A DNA stretch of 64,000 bases from an uncultured Phascolarctobacterium sp. (GTDB lineage: Bacteria > Bacillota > Negativicutes > Acidaminococcales > Acidaminococcaceae), in assembly GCA_949285135.1 (NCBI GenBank), contig CASDXO010000001.1:70698-134697 (forward strand), read 5' to 3'. Shown here one piece after another: positions 47,670 to 56,528 of the stretch. The notes under the pieces were generated by a model, which was not told where the DNA came from, did no database searches, and saw only the letters and a program-made list of their open reading frames with translations. Position 1 is the first letter of the stretch. Each line of letters begins with the position of its first letter. The translations under genes were made by a program, and so were the position numbers.

Positions 47670-49220
47670 ATGCAAGGCAGAGAAATAAAGCAAATACTTG
47701 CGTTACTGCTGGTTGCTGTGCTGATGTTATCCGGGTGCAGCTCGGGCAGTAGACACGGAACTGATGAGAATGGCAATGTCAGAAGTGCGGTTATTCTGGC
47801 TACGTCCGGTGAACCCTATCACTTTTATGCACTCTCTGAGCAGGGATGCGCTGGTGATGATAACCTGGTGCTGAGCAATGTATATGACTGTTTGACGTTT
47901 CTGGAGGCAGATGGGTCTATTTCACCGGGGCTGGCGGAGAGCTGGAGCGTTTCGGAGGACGGATTATGCTATACTTTTAATTTGCGCAAGGGCGTAAAGT
48001 TTCATAATGGGTATGATTTTTCTGCCAGAGACGTTAAGTTTACGTTTGATAAAGGCGCGACAGGGCCGCTGGGGTCAGCACTCTTTGTGAACTTCAAAAG
48101 TTGTGAGATTGTGGATGATTATACTGTAAACATCTACCTGAAAGCGCCTTATGCCGGCTTTCTGTATGGTGTGGCCTCGAGGTTGGGTGGCATCTGCAGT
48201 AAGGCGTACTATGATGAGGTGGGTGATGCAGGTTACCTGAAAGCCCCTGTAGGTACAGGTCCTTACAAATTTGTCGAAGCGCGCAGCGGTGAAAAGATAG
48301 TGCTGAAAGCAAATGCTGACTATTGGCGAGGAAAACCGTCCATACAGGAAGTAACAATACAGATTGTGCCTGATGTTTCTACTCAGTTAATTGGGTTGGA
48401 GTGCGGCGATTATGATGTAGTGCGTAATCCGTCGATTGACAGCTGCGTGCGGCTGAATGGCAACAGCGAGCTGGCATGGAATTACACCGATTCTACCGGA
48501 AGGATTACGCTGTATCTGGCAACCTGGGGTGCCCATATAGGTTCGGACAAAAATTTTCGCAAAGCTGTGCAGTATGGTATCAATAAAGACGAAATAAACG
48601 TCGGTACCAACAGCGGTTATGCAACCATACTTGATATTGATATGTGCCCAATGTATGAAGGATACCCAACAGAGGGCATTGAGACTGTGGCCTTTAATCC
48701 CAAACGTGCACGGGAATATCTGGCTGCGTCTTCATATAACGGTCAAGTGTTTAAGATACTTTGCCAAAGCGGTACGACATTTGAAATTGCGGCCAAGATA
48801 CTTCAGTCTCAGCTTATGGATATAGGCATTACTGCTGAAGTTATTGCCGTTGATAATACAACGTATACTGAAATGGAGTTAAGCGGCAATTTTGACGCCG
48901 TTATTCGAGAACAGCTCAGCTCCATGGTAGATGCTGACGGCGCTTCTACATATTTCAATACGACACCGGGGTTTGCTTATACACGTAACTGTATGTATCC
49001 GTTGGCTAATGAGATTTATCCGCTGTTTGAACGGGGCCGTGAGGTTCAGGGAGAAGAACGTACGCCGTATTACACAAAGGCCTGCAACATAATAACGGAA
49101 GAGGCCTATCTTGTGCCGCTTTACAACGGTATCATCACTGTTGCTTATAACGCTGGCCTTCAGGGGGTGCAGGCTCATTGCCTGGGTACGTATAATTTCT
49201 TTTACTGGAGCTGGAAATAA
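47670..49220 (+). CDS. ABC transporter substrate-binding lipoprotein, family 5 (Opp/Dpp/Nik type)
   Basis: 516 aa. Lipobox LMLSGC. Family 5 SBP pattern (LAESWSVSEDGLCYTFNLRKGVKFHNG). Confidence 0.92.
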   Translation: MQGREIKQILALLLVAVLMLSGCSSGSRHGTDENGNVRSAVILATSGEPYHFYALSEQGCAGDDNLVLSNVYDCLTFLEADGSISPGLAESWSVSEDGLCYTFNLRKGVKFHNGYDFSARDVKFTFDKGATGPLGSALFVNFKSCEIVDDYTVNIYLKAPYAGFLYGVASRLGGICSKAYYDEVGDAGYLKAPVGTGPYKFVEARSGEKIVLKANADYWRGKPSIQEVTIQIVPDVSTQLIGLECGDYDVVRNPSIDSCVRLNGNSELAWNYTDSTGRITLYLATWGAHIGSDKNFRKAVQYGINKDEINVGTNSGYATILDIDMCPMYEGYPTEGIETVAFNPKRAREYLAASSYNGQVFKILCQSGTTFEIAAKILQSQLMDIGITAEVIAVDNTTYTEMELSGNFDAVIREQLSSMVDADGASTYFNTTPGFAYTRNCMYPLANEIYPLFERGREVQGEERTPYYTKACNIITEEAYLVPLYNGIITVAYNAGLQGVQAHCLGTYNFFYWSWK

Positions 49221-49296
49221 GGTATATTAACGCAGTGCAGCTGTCAGATATGAGCAATTTCTGTCTGTTATGGTTCTTAAAGGAGGAACGGAATTT

Positions 49297-50226
49297 ATGT
49301 ATCTCATAAAATATTCGTTAAAGCGACTCTTGATGCTGATACCTGTCATACTTGGCATTACTTTAATACTGTATTTCGTGATGTCTTTAGCTCCTGGTAA
49401 TCCGGCAGTACAAATCTTGGGTGCCAATGCATCTGATGAGCAGATTGCTGCGCTGGAGATAGAAATGGGGCTGGATCAGCCAATTATTGTACAGTACATC
49501 CATTACATAATGCGCGCAGTAAGACTCGACTTTGGTACTTCGTGGATTAACGGAAGTGATGTACTGGCGACGTTTTTGGCAAAACTGCCTAATACACTGA
49601 TGGTGGCTCTTGTTGCGACCTTGTGGGCTATTGGACTCGGCATACCAATGGGAATATACTCTGCAGTCAGACAGTACAGTTTGCTTGACTATGGCAGTAT
49701 GGTTGTGGCAATGCTGTTATTTTCACTGCCGGCATTCTGGCTGGGCATATTGAGTCAGATACTGTTTTGCGTGGTGCTTCGGTGGCTGCCCGCAACTGGT
49801 ATCGGAGGGTGGCAGCATTTGGTACTGCCGGCGCTGATTCTTGGTGCCAATACACTGGCAGCCATGATTCGTATGAGCCGTACCAGCATGTTAGATGTAT
49901 TGAAACAGGACTATATCAGGACAGCGCGGGCAAAAGGAGCATCAAAAAGCAGAGCAGTATTAAAACATGCGGTTGGTAATAGTCTGATTCCGGTAATTAC
50001 GCAGATTGGTATCAGCTTTGCCGGCTGCATAGGGGGAGCGGTAGTAACTGAAACGGTGTTTACTATACCGGGGATAGGTGCGATGTTGATAAATGCCGTT
50101 AAAGCTCGTGACATACCCGTGGTAATGGGTTCAGTAATATTTATCGCGATAATTGTGGGTGTTATCAATTTGATTGTAGATTTAATTTGTGCAAAAGTAG
50201 ATCCAAGAATTGATCTGGCGGCATAG
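49297..50226 (+). CDS. ABC transporter permease (DppB/OppB type)
   Basis: 309 aa. MYLIKYSLKRLLMLIPVILGITL... and the EAA-like loop DYIRTARAKGAS. ATG 49297 follows AGGAGG. Confidence 0.93.
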   Translation: MYLIKYSLKRLLMLIPVILGITLILYFVMSLAPGNPAVQILGANASDEQIAALEIEMGLDQPIIVQYIHYIMRAVRLDFGTSWINGSDVLATFLAKLPNTLMVALVATLWAIGLGIPMGIYSAVRQYSLLDYGSMVVAMLLFSLPAFWLGILSQILFCVVLRWLPATGIGGWQHLVLPALILGANTLAAMIRMSRTSMLDVLKQDYIRTARAKGASKSRAVLKHAVGNSLIPVITQIGISFAGCIGGAVVTETVFTIPGIGAMLINAVKARDIPVVMGSVIFIAIIVGVINLIVDLICAKVDPRIDLAA

Positions 50227-50242
50227 AAAGGAGGCGGCGCTG

Positions 50243-51118
50243 TTGGAGAATCAGAAGACACAGTGTTTTGCAGAACGCAGCACCTGGCAGCTGATAGCTT
50301 TTCGCTTCAGTAAGAATCGGTTGGCCATGGTTGGGGTAATTGTACTGGGACTGATGATAATGGCGATACTGTTGGCGCCGCTATATATGCCCTACGACGA
50401 GATGATCAGGCAAGACGTATTTAATAAGCTGCATCCTCCCAGTGCGCAGCATCCGCTGGGAACGGATGAATTAGGGCGGGATTTACTGGCGCGTGTGCTG
50501 TATGGTGGGCGGATATCACTGTTTGGTGGTATGGCTACCATCACTATAGCGTTTGTGGCCGGCTGCATAATCGGCGGGACTGCTGGTTTTGTGGGCGGCA
50601 AGGTAGATACAGTTTTGATGCGCATAATCGATATGCTGATGGCAATACCTCCGGTGCTGATGGCCATGGCCATACTTACGGCACTGGGAAATGGATTGGT
50701 GAACCTGATAATATCGCTGGCAATCAGTCAGATACCGCGTTTTGCACGAGTGGTGCGCTCTTCAGTATTAACACTGCGAGGCATGGAATATGTTGACGCA
50801 GCCCGGTGTTATGGCTGCAATTCTCTCAAGATAATAATCCGGCATATTCTGCCGAACGGTATTGGGCCGATAGTAGTTGCTGCTACACTGACGTTGGGTC
50901 AGATAATACTGAGTATATCGTCGATGGGCTTTCTGGGGCTGGGTGTGGCACCGCCGACTCCCGAGTGGGGTACCATTATATCGGAAAATAAACTGAATCT
51001 CCGTTATTGTCCTTATCTTGGCATAGCACCCGGCATCTGTATCTGCCTGGTAGTTATGGCAGTAAACTTTATAGGAGATGGCCTGAGGGATGCCTTTGAC
51101 CCTAAGACGAAGAATTGA
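50243..51118 (+). CDS. ABC transporter permease (DppC/OppC type)
   Basis: 291 aa. TTG 50243 lies 8 nt after AGGAGG. HPLGTDELGRDLLARVLYG and EYVDAARCYG. Confidence 0.9.
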   Translation: MENQKTQCFAERSTWQLIAFRFSKNRLAMVGVIVLGLMIMAILLAPLYMPYDEMIRQDVFNKLHPPSAQHPLGTDELGRDLLARVLYGGRISLFGGMATITIAFVAGCIIGGTAGFVGGKVDTVLMRIIDMLMAIPPVLMAMAILTALGNGLVNLIISLAISQIPRFARVVRSSVLTLRGMEYVDAARCYGCNSLKIIIRHILPNGIGPIVVAATLTLGQIILSISSMGFLGLGVAPPTPEWGTIISENKLNLRYCPYLGIAPGICICLVVMAVNFIGDGLRDAFDPKTKN

Positions 51119-51129
51119 GAGGAAGCCGA

Positions 51130-52131
51130 ATGGTACAGGATAATAAGTTAAATTTGCAAGAGCACCTTTTGGATATAAGTAATCTGCACGTGCAATATAA
51201 GACGGACGACGCTACCGTATATGCACTGAATGGTTTTAACCTGCAGGTCAGACGCGGAGAGAAAATAGGGCTGGTAGGAGAAACGGGTGCCGGCAAGACA
51301 ACAATGGCTTTGTCAGTGCTTCGGTTGCTGCCGGAAAAAATAGGCAAGGTAACGGCAGGCAGTATACTGTACGGTAACGATAATCTGCTGGAACAGAACG
51401 AGGCATTCATGCTTGGGTTGCGAGGAAGAAGGATATCCATGATCTTTCAGGATCCCATGACAAGTTTGAACCCCATCGTTTCGGTGGGAAATCAGATTAT
51501 GGAAGTACTGGATCTTCATGCTCCTCAGATGTCTCAGCATGAAAAGAATGAACGTGTTGATCGAATACTGTCTATGGTAGGCATACCTCCTTCGCGCAAG
51601 GAAGAGTTTCCGTATCAGTTTTCTGGCGGTATGAAACAGCGCATAGTAATTGCCATGGCGCTGATTGCCGAACCGGAGCTGCTCCTGGCAGATGAGCCGA
51701 CAACTGCTTTAGATGTGACCATGCAGGCGCAGATACTGGACATGATGAGCAGACTGAAGCAGCAGTTTAATACTGCTGTGGTACTCATAACCCATGATTT
51801 GGGTGTGGTAGCTGAATTCTGTGACCGAGTTGCAGTGGTTTATGCTGGTAAGGTTGTGGAACAGGGAACGGTGGAACAGGTATTTGCACGTGTGCGGAAT
51901 CATCCTTATACAGTAGGGCTTTTAAATTGTATACCGGATTTGGAAAGTACGGCTGCTCGACTGGTGCCGATACCTGGGCAGATGGCAGATCCTACTCAGC
52001 TGCCTGCAGGTTGTGCATTTGCAGATCGCTGCATACATTGTATGGATATCTGTCGGCAGGAGGCACCCAAAATGTATGAGCAGGACGGGCACTGTATACT
52101 GTGCCACCTCTTTAAAGAGCGGGAGGATTGA
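51130..52131 (+). CDS. ABC transporter ATP-binding protein (OppD/DppD type)
   Basis: 333 aa. GETGAGKT, FSGGMKQR, LLLADEPTTALD, and a Cys-rich oligopeptide-type C-terminal tail. Confidence 0.93.
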   Translation: MVQDNKLNLQEHLLDISNLHVQYKTDDATVYALNGFNLQVRRGEKIGLVGETGAGKTTMALSVLRLLPEKIGKVTAGSILYGNDNLLEQNEAFMLGLRGRRISMIFQDPMTSLNPIVSVGNQIMEVLDLHAPQMSQHEKNERVDRILSMVGIPPSRKEEFPYQFSGGMKQRIVIAMALIAEPELLLADEPTTALDVTMQAQILDMMSRLKQQFNTAVVLITHDLGVVAEFCDRVAVVYAGKVVEQGTVEQVFARVRNHPYTVGLLNCIPDLESTAARLVPIPGQMADPTQLPAGCAFADRCIHCMDICRQEAPKMYEQDGHCILCHLFKERED

Positions 52132-53087
52132 TGATGACGATACCGTTGATAGAAACTGTTGGACTAAATAAGTTCTTTAAAACGCCCGGCGGTATGCTGC
52201 ATGCTGTAGAGAATATCAATCTGAAGATACCGGCTCACAAAACGTTGGGGGTAGTAGGTGAATCAGGGTGCGGCAAGTCTACGTTAGGCAGAGCAATATT
52301 GCGGCTTACGCCTGTAACTTCCGGACAGGTATTCTTTGAGGGAAAGAACATTCTGCATTATGGCAAGTCCGATATGAAGCAAGTATATCGTGATATGCAG
52401 ATGATTTTCCAGGATCCGTACAGTTCGTTGAATCCGAGAATGACAATATACAATCTGATCAGTGAGCCTGTACGTGAACTGTATGGGGGGTCAATGAGCA
52501 GGACAGAAATGGCTGATCGTGTTCATCAGATTATGGAGCTGTGCGGGTTGCCGCGGCGCTATGCCAACAGTTATCCACATGAGATGGATGGAGGGCGCAG
52601 ACAGCGGGTAGGGCTGGCGCGTGCGATGGTCATAGACCCTAAATTTATAATATGTGACGAGCCTGTATCTGCATTGGACGTATCCGTTCAGGCGCAGATA
52701 TTGAACCTGCTGATGGATTTACAGGAGCAGCACGGTTTGTCCTATATGTTTATAACGCATGATTTATGTGTGGTACGACACATCAGCGATGATATAATGG
52801 TCATGTATATGGGGCAGGCTGTGGAATGTGCCGGTAAGAATGAGTTATTCGCTAATCCATTGCATCCGTATACTAAGGCACTGCTTTCGGCAATACCGAC
52901 TACCAGTCTCAGTCGCCGTAATCGCATTCGTTATATGCCAAAGGGTGAAGTGAGCTCGCCCGTTAATCCTGCTCCAGGCTGCCGCTTTGCGCCGCGTTGT
53001 CCCTATGCAAGTGAAAAGTGTAAAGCGGAATACCAGCTCAGAGAAGTGGGTCCTAATCATTATGTAGCATGTCATATGTTTGACTGA
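52131..53087 (+). CDS. ABC transporter ATP-binding protein (OppF/DppF type)
   Basis: 318 aa. GESGCGKST, MDGGRRQR, ICDEPVSALD. TGATG overlap with the upstream gene. ATG 52134 is an alternative start. Confidence 0.93.
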   Translation: MMTIPLIETVGLNKFFKTPGGMLHAVENINLKIPAHKTLGVVGESGCGKSTLGRAILRLTPVTSGQVFFEGKNILHYGKSDMKQVYRDMQMIFQDPYSSLNPRMTIYNLISEPVRELYGGSMSRTEMADRVHQIMELCGLPRRYANSYPHEMDGGRRQRVGLARAMVIDPKFIICDEPVSALDVSVQAQILNLLMDLQEQHGLSYMFITHDLCVVRHISDDIMVMYMGQAVECAGKNELFANPLHPYTKALLSAIPTTSLSRRNRIRYMPKGEVSSPVNPAPGCRFAPRCPYASEKCKAEYQLREVGPNHYVACHMFD

Positions 53088-53173
53088 TGATGACGATATT
53101 GGCCATAGTTTTAATTAGATAATTGAATTATCAGCTGACTGGATTTTAGGTACAGAATGATCTTTTGCAATAA

Positions 53174-53212
53174 ATAAAACGCCCGACATATATTGTCGGG
53201 CGTTTTATTTAT
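53174..53212. terminator. bidirectional terminator between the ABC operon and pepD
   Basis: AAAACGCCCGACA-TATAT-TGTCGGGCGTTTT. Confidence 0.85.
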
Positions 53213-53225
53213 TGGATAAATCATG

Positions 53226-54758
53226 TCAGTCCTCATTACACAGACGTGTCATGCTTTCTTCTAACAAACGGTACACGGGAACCACACTGTTGAGGTATAA
53301 TGTTTCTTTAACAGAGTGTACATCATGAATTTCCGGGCCAATAGATATCATATCTAAATTTTTATTTAATCTGGCGAATGTACCGCACTCTAATCCGGCA
53401 TGTAAATAACCCAGTTTCAATTCGTTACCGGTTTGCTCAAAATATACCTGTTGCATCAAAGCCTGCAACCTGGAATTCGGATCTGCCGGCCAGGCATCAG
53501 AGGACTGCGTTTGTGTTACATTATAGCCGCATATTTGTGCTAATCGTAACTGCTGTAAGCCTATTTCATCTAACAAGGCTTTCTGAGAACTGCGTGCAAA
53601 AAGTGAGGCCAGGACTTCGTCTTTACCTGCCCGGAAGATTCCCAGGTTGGAAGAGCTTTCTACAAGGCCATCTATTGACTGCGACATAGTATGAATACCG
53701 TCAAACACCAAAGCTGCATAGCTCACTATATTTTCTGCCTGTTTGCTTTCAAACACTGTTTCAGGCACTTTTACAGACTTGATGCTTATGGTGACGTCGG
53801 GATCAGATACTTTGTAAGCTGCAGCCAGGTCTTCCGTGCGCTGTACAAGTAACTTATTAACCAGCTGCACGTCCTGTTTTTTTACTGCTATCAGTGCTTT
53901 GGCCTGATTGGGTATTGCGTTGGGTGAGGTGCCGCAGGTGATGTAGTCAAGTTCGTAGGTTATATTTTGCTCGTTTAGATATGCAAGCAACTGACCCATA
54001 GTCTGAGCGGCGTTTATTTTACCGGTACCTATCATAATACCGGAATGACCGCCCTGCATACCATTTAGTTCAATTAACAGTGCTTTGTCCAGTGTGGGCT
54101 GTGTACGCAGAGGGGGTTGGACAGCCAGTGTTCTCAGGCCTGCAGCAGTAGATACTATTGCTTCGCCAAGGGTCTCTGCGTCCAGATTGATTAAATAACT
54201 TGCCTCTGCAACAACAGACGCATCAAGTCCTTGGATACCAGTCATGCCATCTTCTTCGTTGACTGTAATAATGCATCGTACAGGACCATGCTGTTTTCCG
54301 TTGCAGGCATAGTACATCAGCATCGCAAGACCGATGCCATCGTCAGCGCCCAGACTGGTTCCATCAGCTGTCAGCGTATCATTGGTGCGAATGATGGTGA
54401 TAGGTGTATTTACCGGGTCAAAGTTTGGGTTGTTTGATACGGATACCATGTCCATATGTGCCTGCAGTACTACAAGTGGAGCATTTTCGTAACCAGAAGT
54501 TGCTGGCACATCGAAGATAATATTGCCAACCTTATCCTGCCAGGCTGTGAAACCTTGATTTTGTGCCCATTGAAGTAGGAAAGTACCGACTTTCTCCTCA
54601 TGATGCGAAGGTCTGGGGATGGATGCAAGCATTTGAAAATTTGTCAGAACACCGTTCTGCACATTATCATCGGTGTCGTTAGCAAAAGCAGGCATTGTGA
54701 CGGTGCACAGCATGCACATCGTCATACCCAATATTAACAATTGTTTAAGTGTACGCAT
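53226..54758 (-). CDS. pepD: aminoacyl-histidine dipeptidase (PepD, M20C) with N-terminal signal peptide
   Basis: 510 aa. IPRPSHHEEKV, VVLQAHMDMV, GTSLGADDGIG and NEEDGMTG line up with E. coli PepD. ATG 54758 lies 7 nt after AGGAG. The N-terminus is MRTLKQLLILGMTMCMLCTVTMPAFA. Confidence 0.9.
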   Translation of the reverse strand: MRTLKQLLILGMTMCMLCTVTMPAFANDTDDNVQNGVLTNFQMLASIPRPSHHEEKVGTFLLQWAQNQGFTAWQDKVGNIIFDVPATSGYENAPLVVLQAHMDMVSVSNNPNFDPVNTPITIIRTNDTLTADGTSLGADDGIGLAMLMYYACNGKQHGPVRCIITVNEEDGMTGIQGLDASVVAEASYLINLDAETLGEAIVSTAAGLRTLAVQPPLRTQPTLDKALLIELNGMQGGHSGIMIGTGKINAAQTMGQLLAYLNEQNITYELDYITCGTSPNAIPNQAKALIAVKKQDVQLVNKLLVQRTEDLAAAYKVSDPDVTISIKSVKVPETVFESKQAENIVSYAALVFDGIHTMSQSIDGLVESSSNLGIFRAGKDEVLASLFARSSQKALLDEIGLQQLRLAQICGYNVTQTQSSDAWPADPNSRLQALMQQVYFEQTGNELKLGYLHAGLECGTFARLNKNLDMISIGPEIHDVHSVKETLYLNSVVPVYRLLEESMTRLCNED

Positions 54759-55128
54759 AAAAATTCTCCTTTCTGCTGCAAGCACTGCCCGTGGGATAAT
54801 TTGGATAAGAAGCTGCATAAATATTATACCTTTTAGGTCATCCTAAATTATATTCTAAATACAGTATATCATTATGGTAAAATATTGTCTATTTTGAATA
54901 AATTTATACTTGTGTTTTAAAAATTGTTGTTTTTACAAATCAGGAAGTCTTACAAATCATAAGTCTTTAATTTGCAATAGTGATATTAATATATTATATG
55001 AATTGGATTTTAAGGTGAATAATATTCTTGATATGGTGGTATATAAATAATATCTATTGTTGAAGCTGATAATTGCAGTACTGCTATAGTTTTATGCTGA
55101 TATTATTTTAATCCCGTTTAAAATAAGT

Positions 55129-55167
55129 AACCGGCGTATTATCTCTTTGTGAAATAACACGCCGGTT
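55129..55167 (-). terminator. probable terminator after the C_GCAxxG_C_C gene
   Basis: AACCGGCGT-N21-ACGCCGGTT. The flanks are only moderately T-rich. Confidence 0.45.
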
Positions 55168-55257
55168 TGTTTGTTGCTCTGCTGACAAATATTAAATATA
55201 GTATTTTTCTGTTATTTTACTATCAATGATAAAATGAAAAGCAGATGTTTTGTGTTT

Positions 55258-55710
55258 TTACTTCATATCCTTAATTACTCCGACTGCAAACAGTACCGCT
55301 TCTGCTGCCAAATCAGCGCACAGGTCGTGACGCGGATCACTGTCGAAGCTGGCAGAACGCAGTTCGTAGCAGTGGATGGAATGGAAATGTTCTTCAAAGG
55401 CTTCTGCCAGACTCAGCGTTTTTTCGTTGAGCTGATCACGGGTCCAGCCAAGCTGGGCGCCGTATATGCCCAGAAACATCAGCGCACCTTTATACAAACC
55501 GCACTGATGTCTTTTGGCGCGGTGCTCCATAATGCCGTTAATGGAAGCATATACCTGCTCGTGTACCGGCATTTGAAAAAAGTCGCTTAAACAGTGCATC
55601 ATGGTCAGACCACAATTCAAACCCTGTTCAAGGAAATATTTTTTTACATATGCTCGCAGCTGAGTTATTTCCTCAGCGGTCAGTCTTTCCTGAGGCTGCA
55701 ATGGTATCAC
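55258..55710 (-). CDS. C_GCAxxG_C_C family putative redox-active protein
   Basis: 150 aa. The cysteine pattern (NCGLTMMHC ... QCGLYKGALMFLG ... HCYEL) resembles this family. This is a weak call made by eye. Confidence 0.55.
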   Translation of the reverse strand: MIPLQPQERLTAEEITQLRAYVKKYFLEQGLNCGLTMMHCLSDFFQMPVHEQVYASINGIMEHRAKRHQCGLYKGALMFLGIYGAQLGWTRDQLNEKTLSLAEAFEEHFHSIHCYELRSASFDSDPRHDLCADLAAEAVLFAVGVIKDMK

Positions 55711-56378
55711 TCCAGTTCAATGGTTTCGCCGGGTTGAACAATCAGTACCTTGCTGGAGGTGGTTGCTTCAACGTCAGCTTTATAGGCATTTACATCCTGC
55801 GCGATAGGAGGCCAGGTGTTGTAATGTACGGGGATGACGTATTTGGCCTGCAGGAATTTGGCTGCAACAGCTGCGTCTTTGGGGTCCATGGTGAAGTTGC
55901 CGCCGATGGGGAGCACAGCATAGTCAAAAGCATCAAGCTGCGGCAGCAGCTGCATATCGCTGTACAAAGCGGTATCGCCGGCAAAATATACTCTGGTGCC
56001 GTAAAAATCTACTACGAAGCCGCAGGCATGGCCGCCGGGAACACCGCTGCCGTGGAAAGCCATGGTGATGCGCACTTTGCCGAAGGGGAACATGAAGGTG
56101 CCGCCCAGATGCATACCGTGCGCCTTGCAGCCGGCTGCTTCTGCCAGACCGCAGATTTCTGCGGTGGAGATAATGGTAGCGTCGCAGTTTTTAGCAATTT
56201 CAAAAGCACTGCCTAAATGGTCAAAATGACCGTGGCTGACAAAGATGTAATCAACTTTGATATCTTTAGCCTGCAGCCCTTCCGGATTACCGTCTAAAAA
56301 GGGGTCAAAAATAATGGCGGAGCCATTTTTTTCAATCATAAAGCAGGCATGGTTGATGTAATGAAATTTAGCGTTCAT
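55707..56378 (-). CDS. UPF0173 metal-dependent hydrolase (MBL fold, YtkL-like)
   Basis: 223 aa. FDPFL, SHGHFDHLG, FHGS, AGDTAL, PIGGNFTM, VPVHYNT. It is collinear with B. subtilis YtkL as I remember it. Confidence 0.88.
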   Translation of the reverse strand: MNAKFHYINHACFMIEKNGSAIIFDPFLDGNPEGLQAKDIKVDYIFVSHGHFDHLGSAFEIAKNCDATIISTAEICGLAEAAGCKAHGMHLGGTFMFPFGKVRITMAFHGSGVPGGHACGFVVDFYGTRVYFAGDTALYSDMQLLPQLDAFDYAVLPIGGNFTMDPKDAAVAAKFLQAKYVIPVHYNTWPPIAQDVNAYKADVEATTSSKVLIVQPGETIELE

Positions 56379-56455
56379 AAGCTCACTCCTTTTCTGAGTT
56401 TATATTACCATTATACAGGATTTTTGTGGAATTTGCGTGAAATACTTTGAAAAAC

Positions 56456-56485
56456 TTTACATGCTGCCGGTAAATGGGGTAAAAT
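56456..56485 (+). promoter_or_regulatory. candidate promoter of the glucosaminidase gene
   Basis: TTTACA (56456-56461), an 18-nt spacer, then TAAAAT (56480-56485). Confidence 0.45.
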
Positions 56486-56528
56486 TTAGGGGAGAATAAA
56501 TATCAGTTGCAATAGAAGGAGAATTTTT

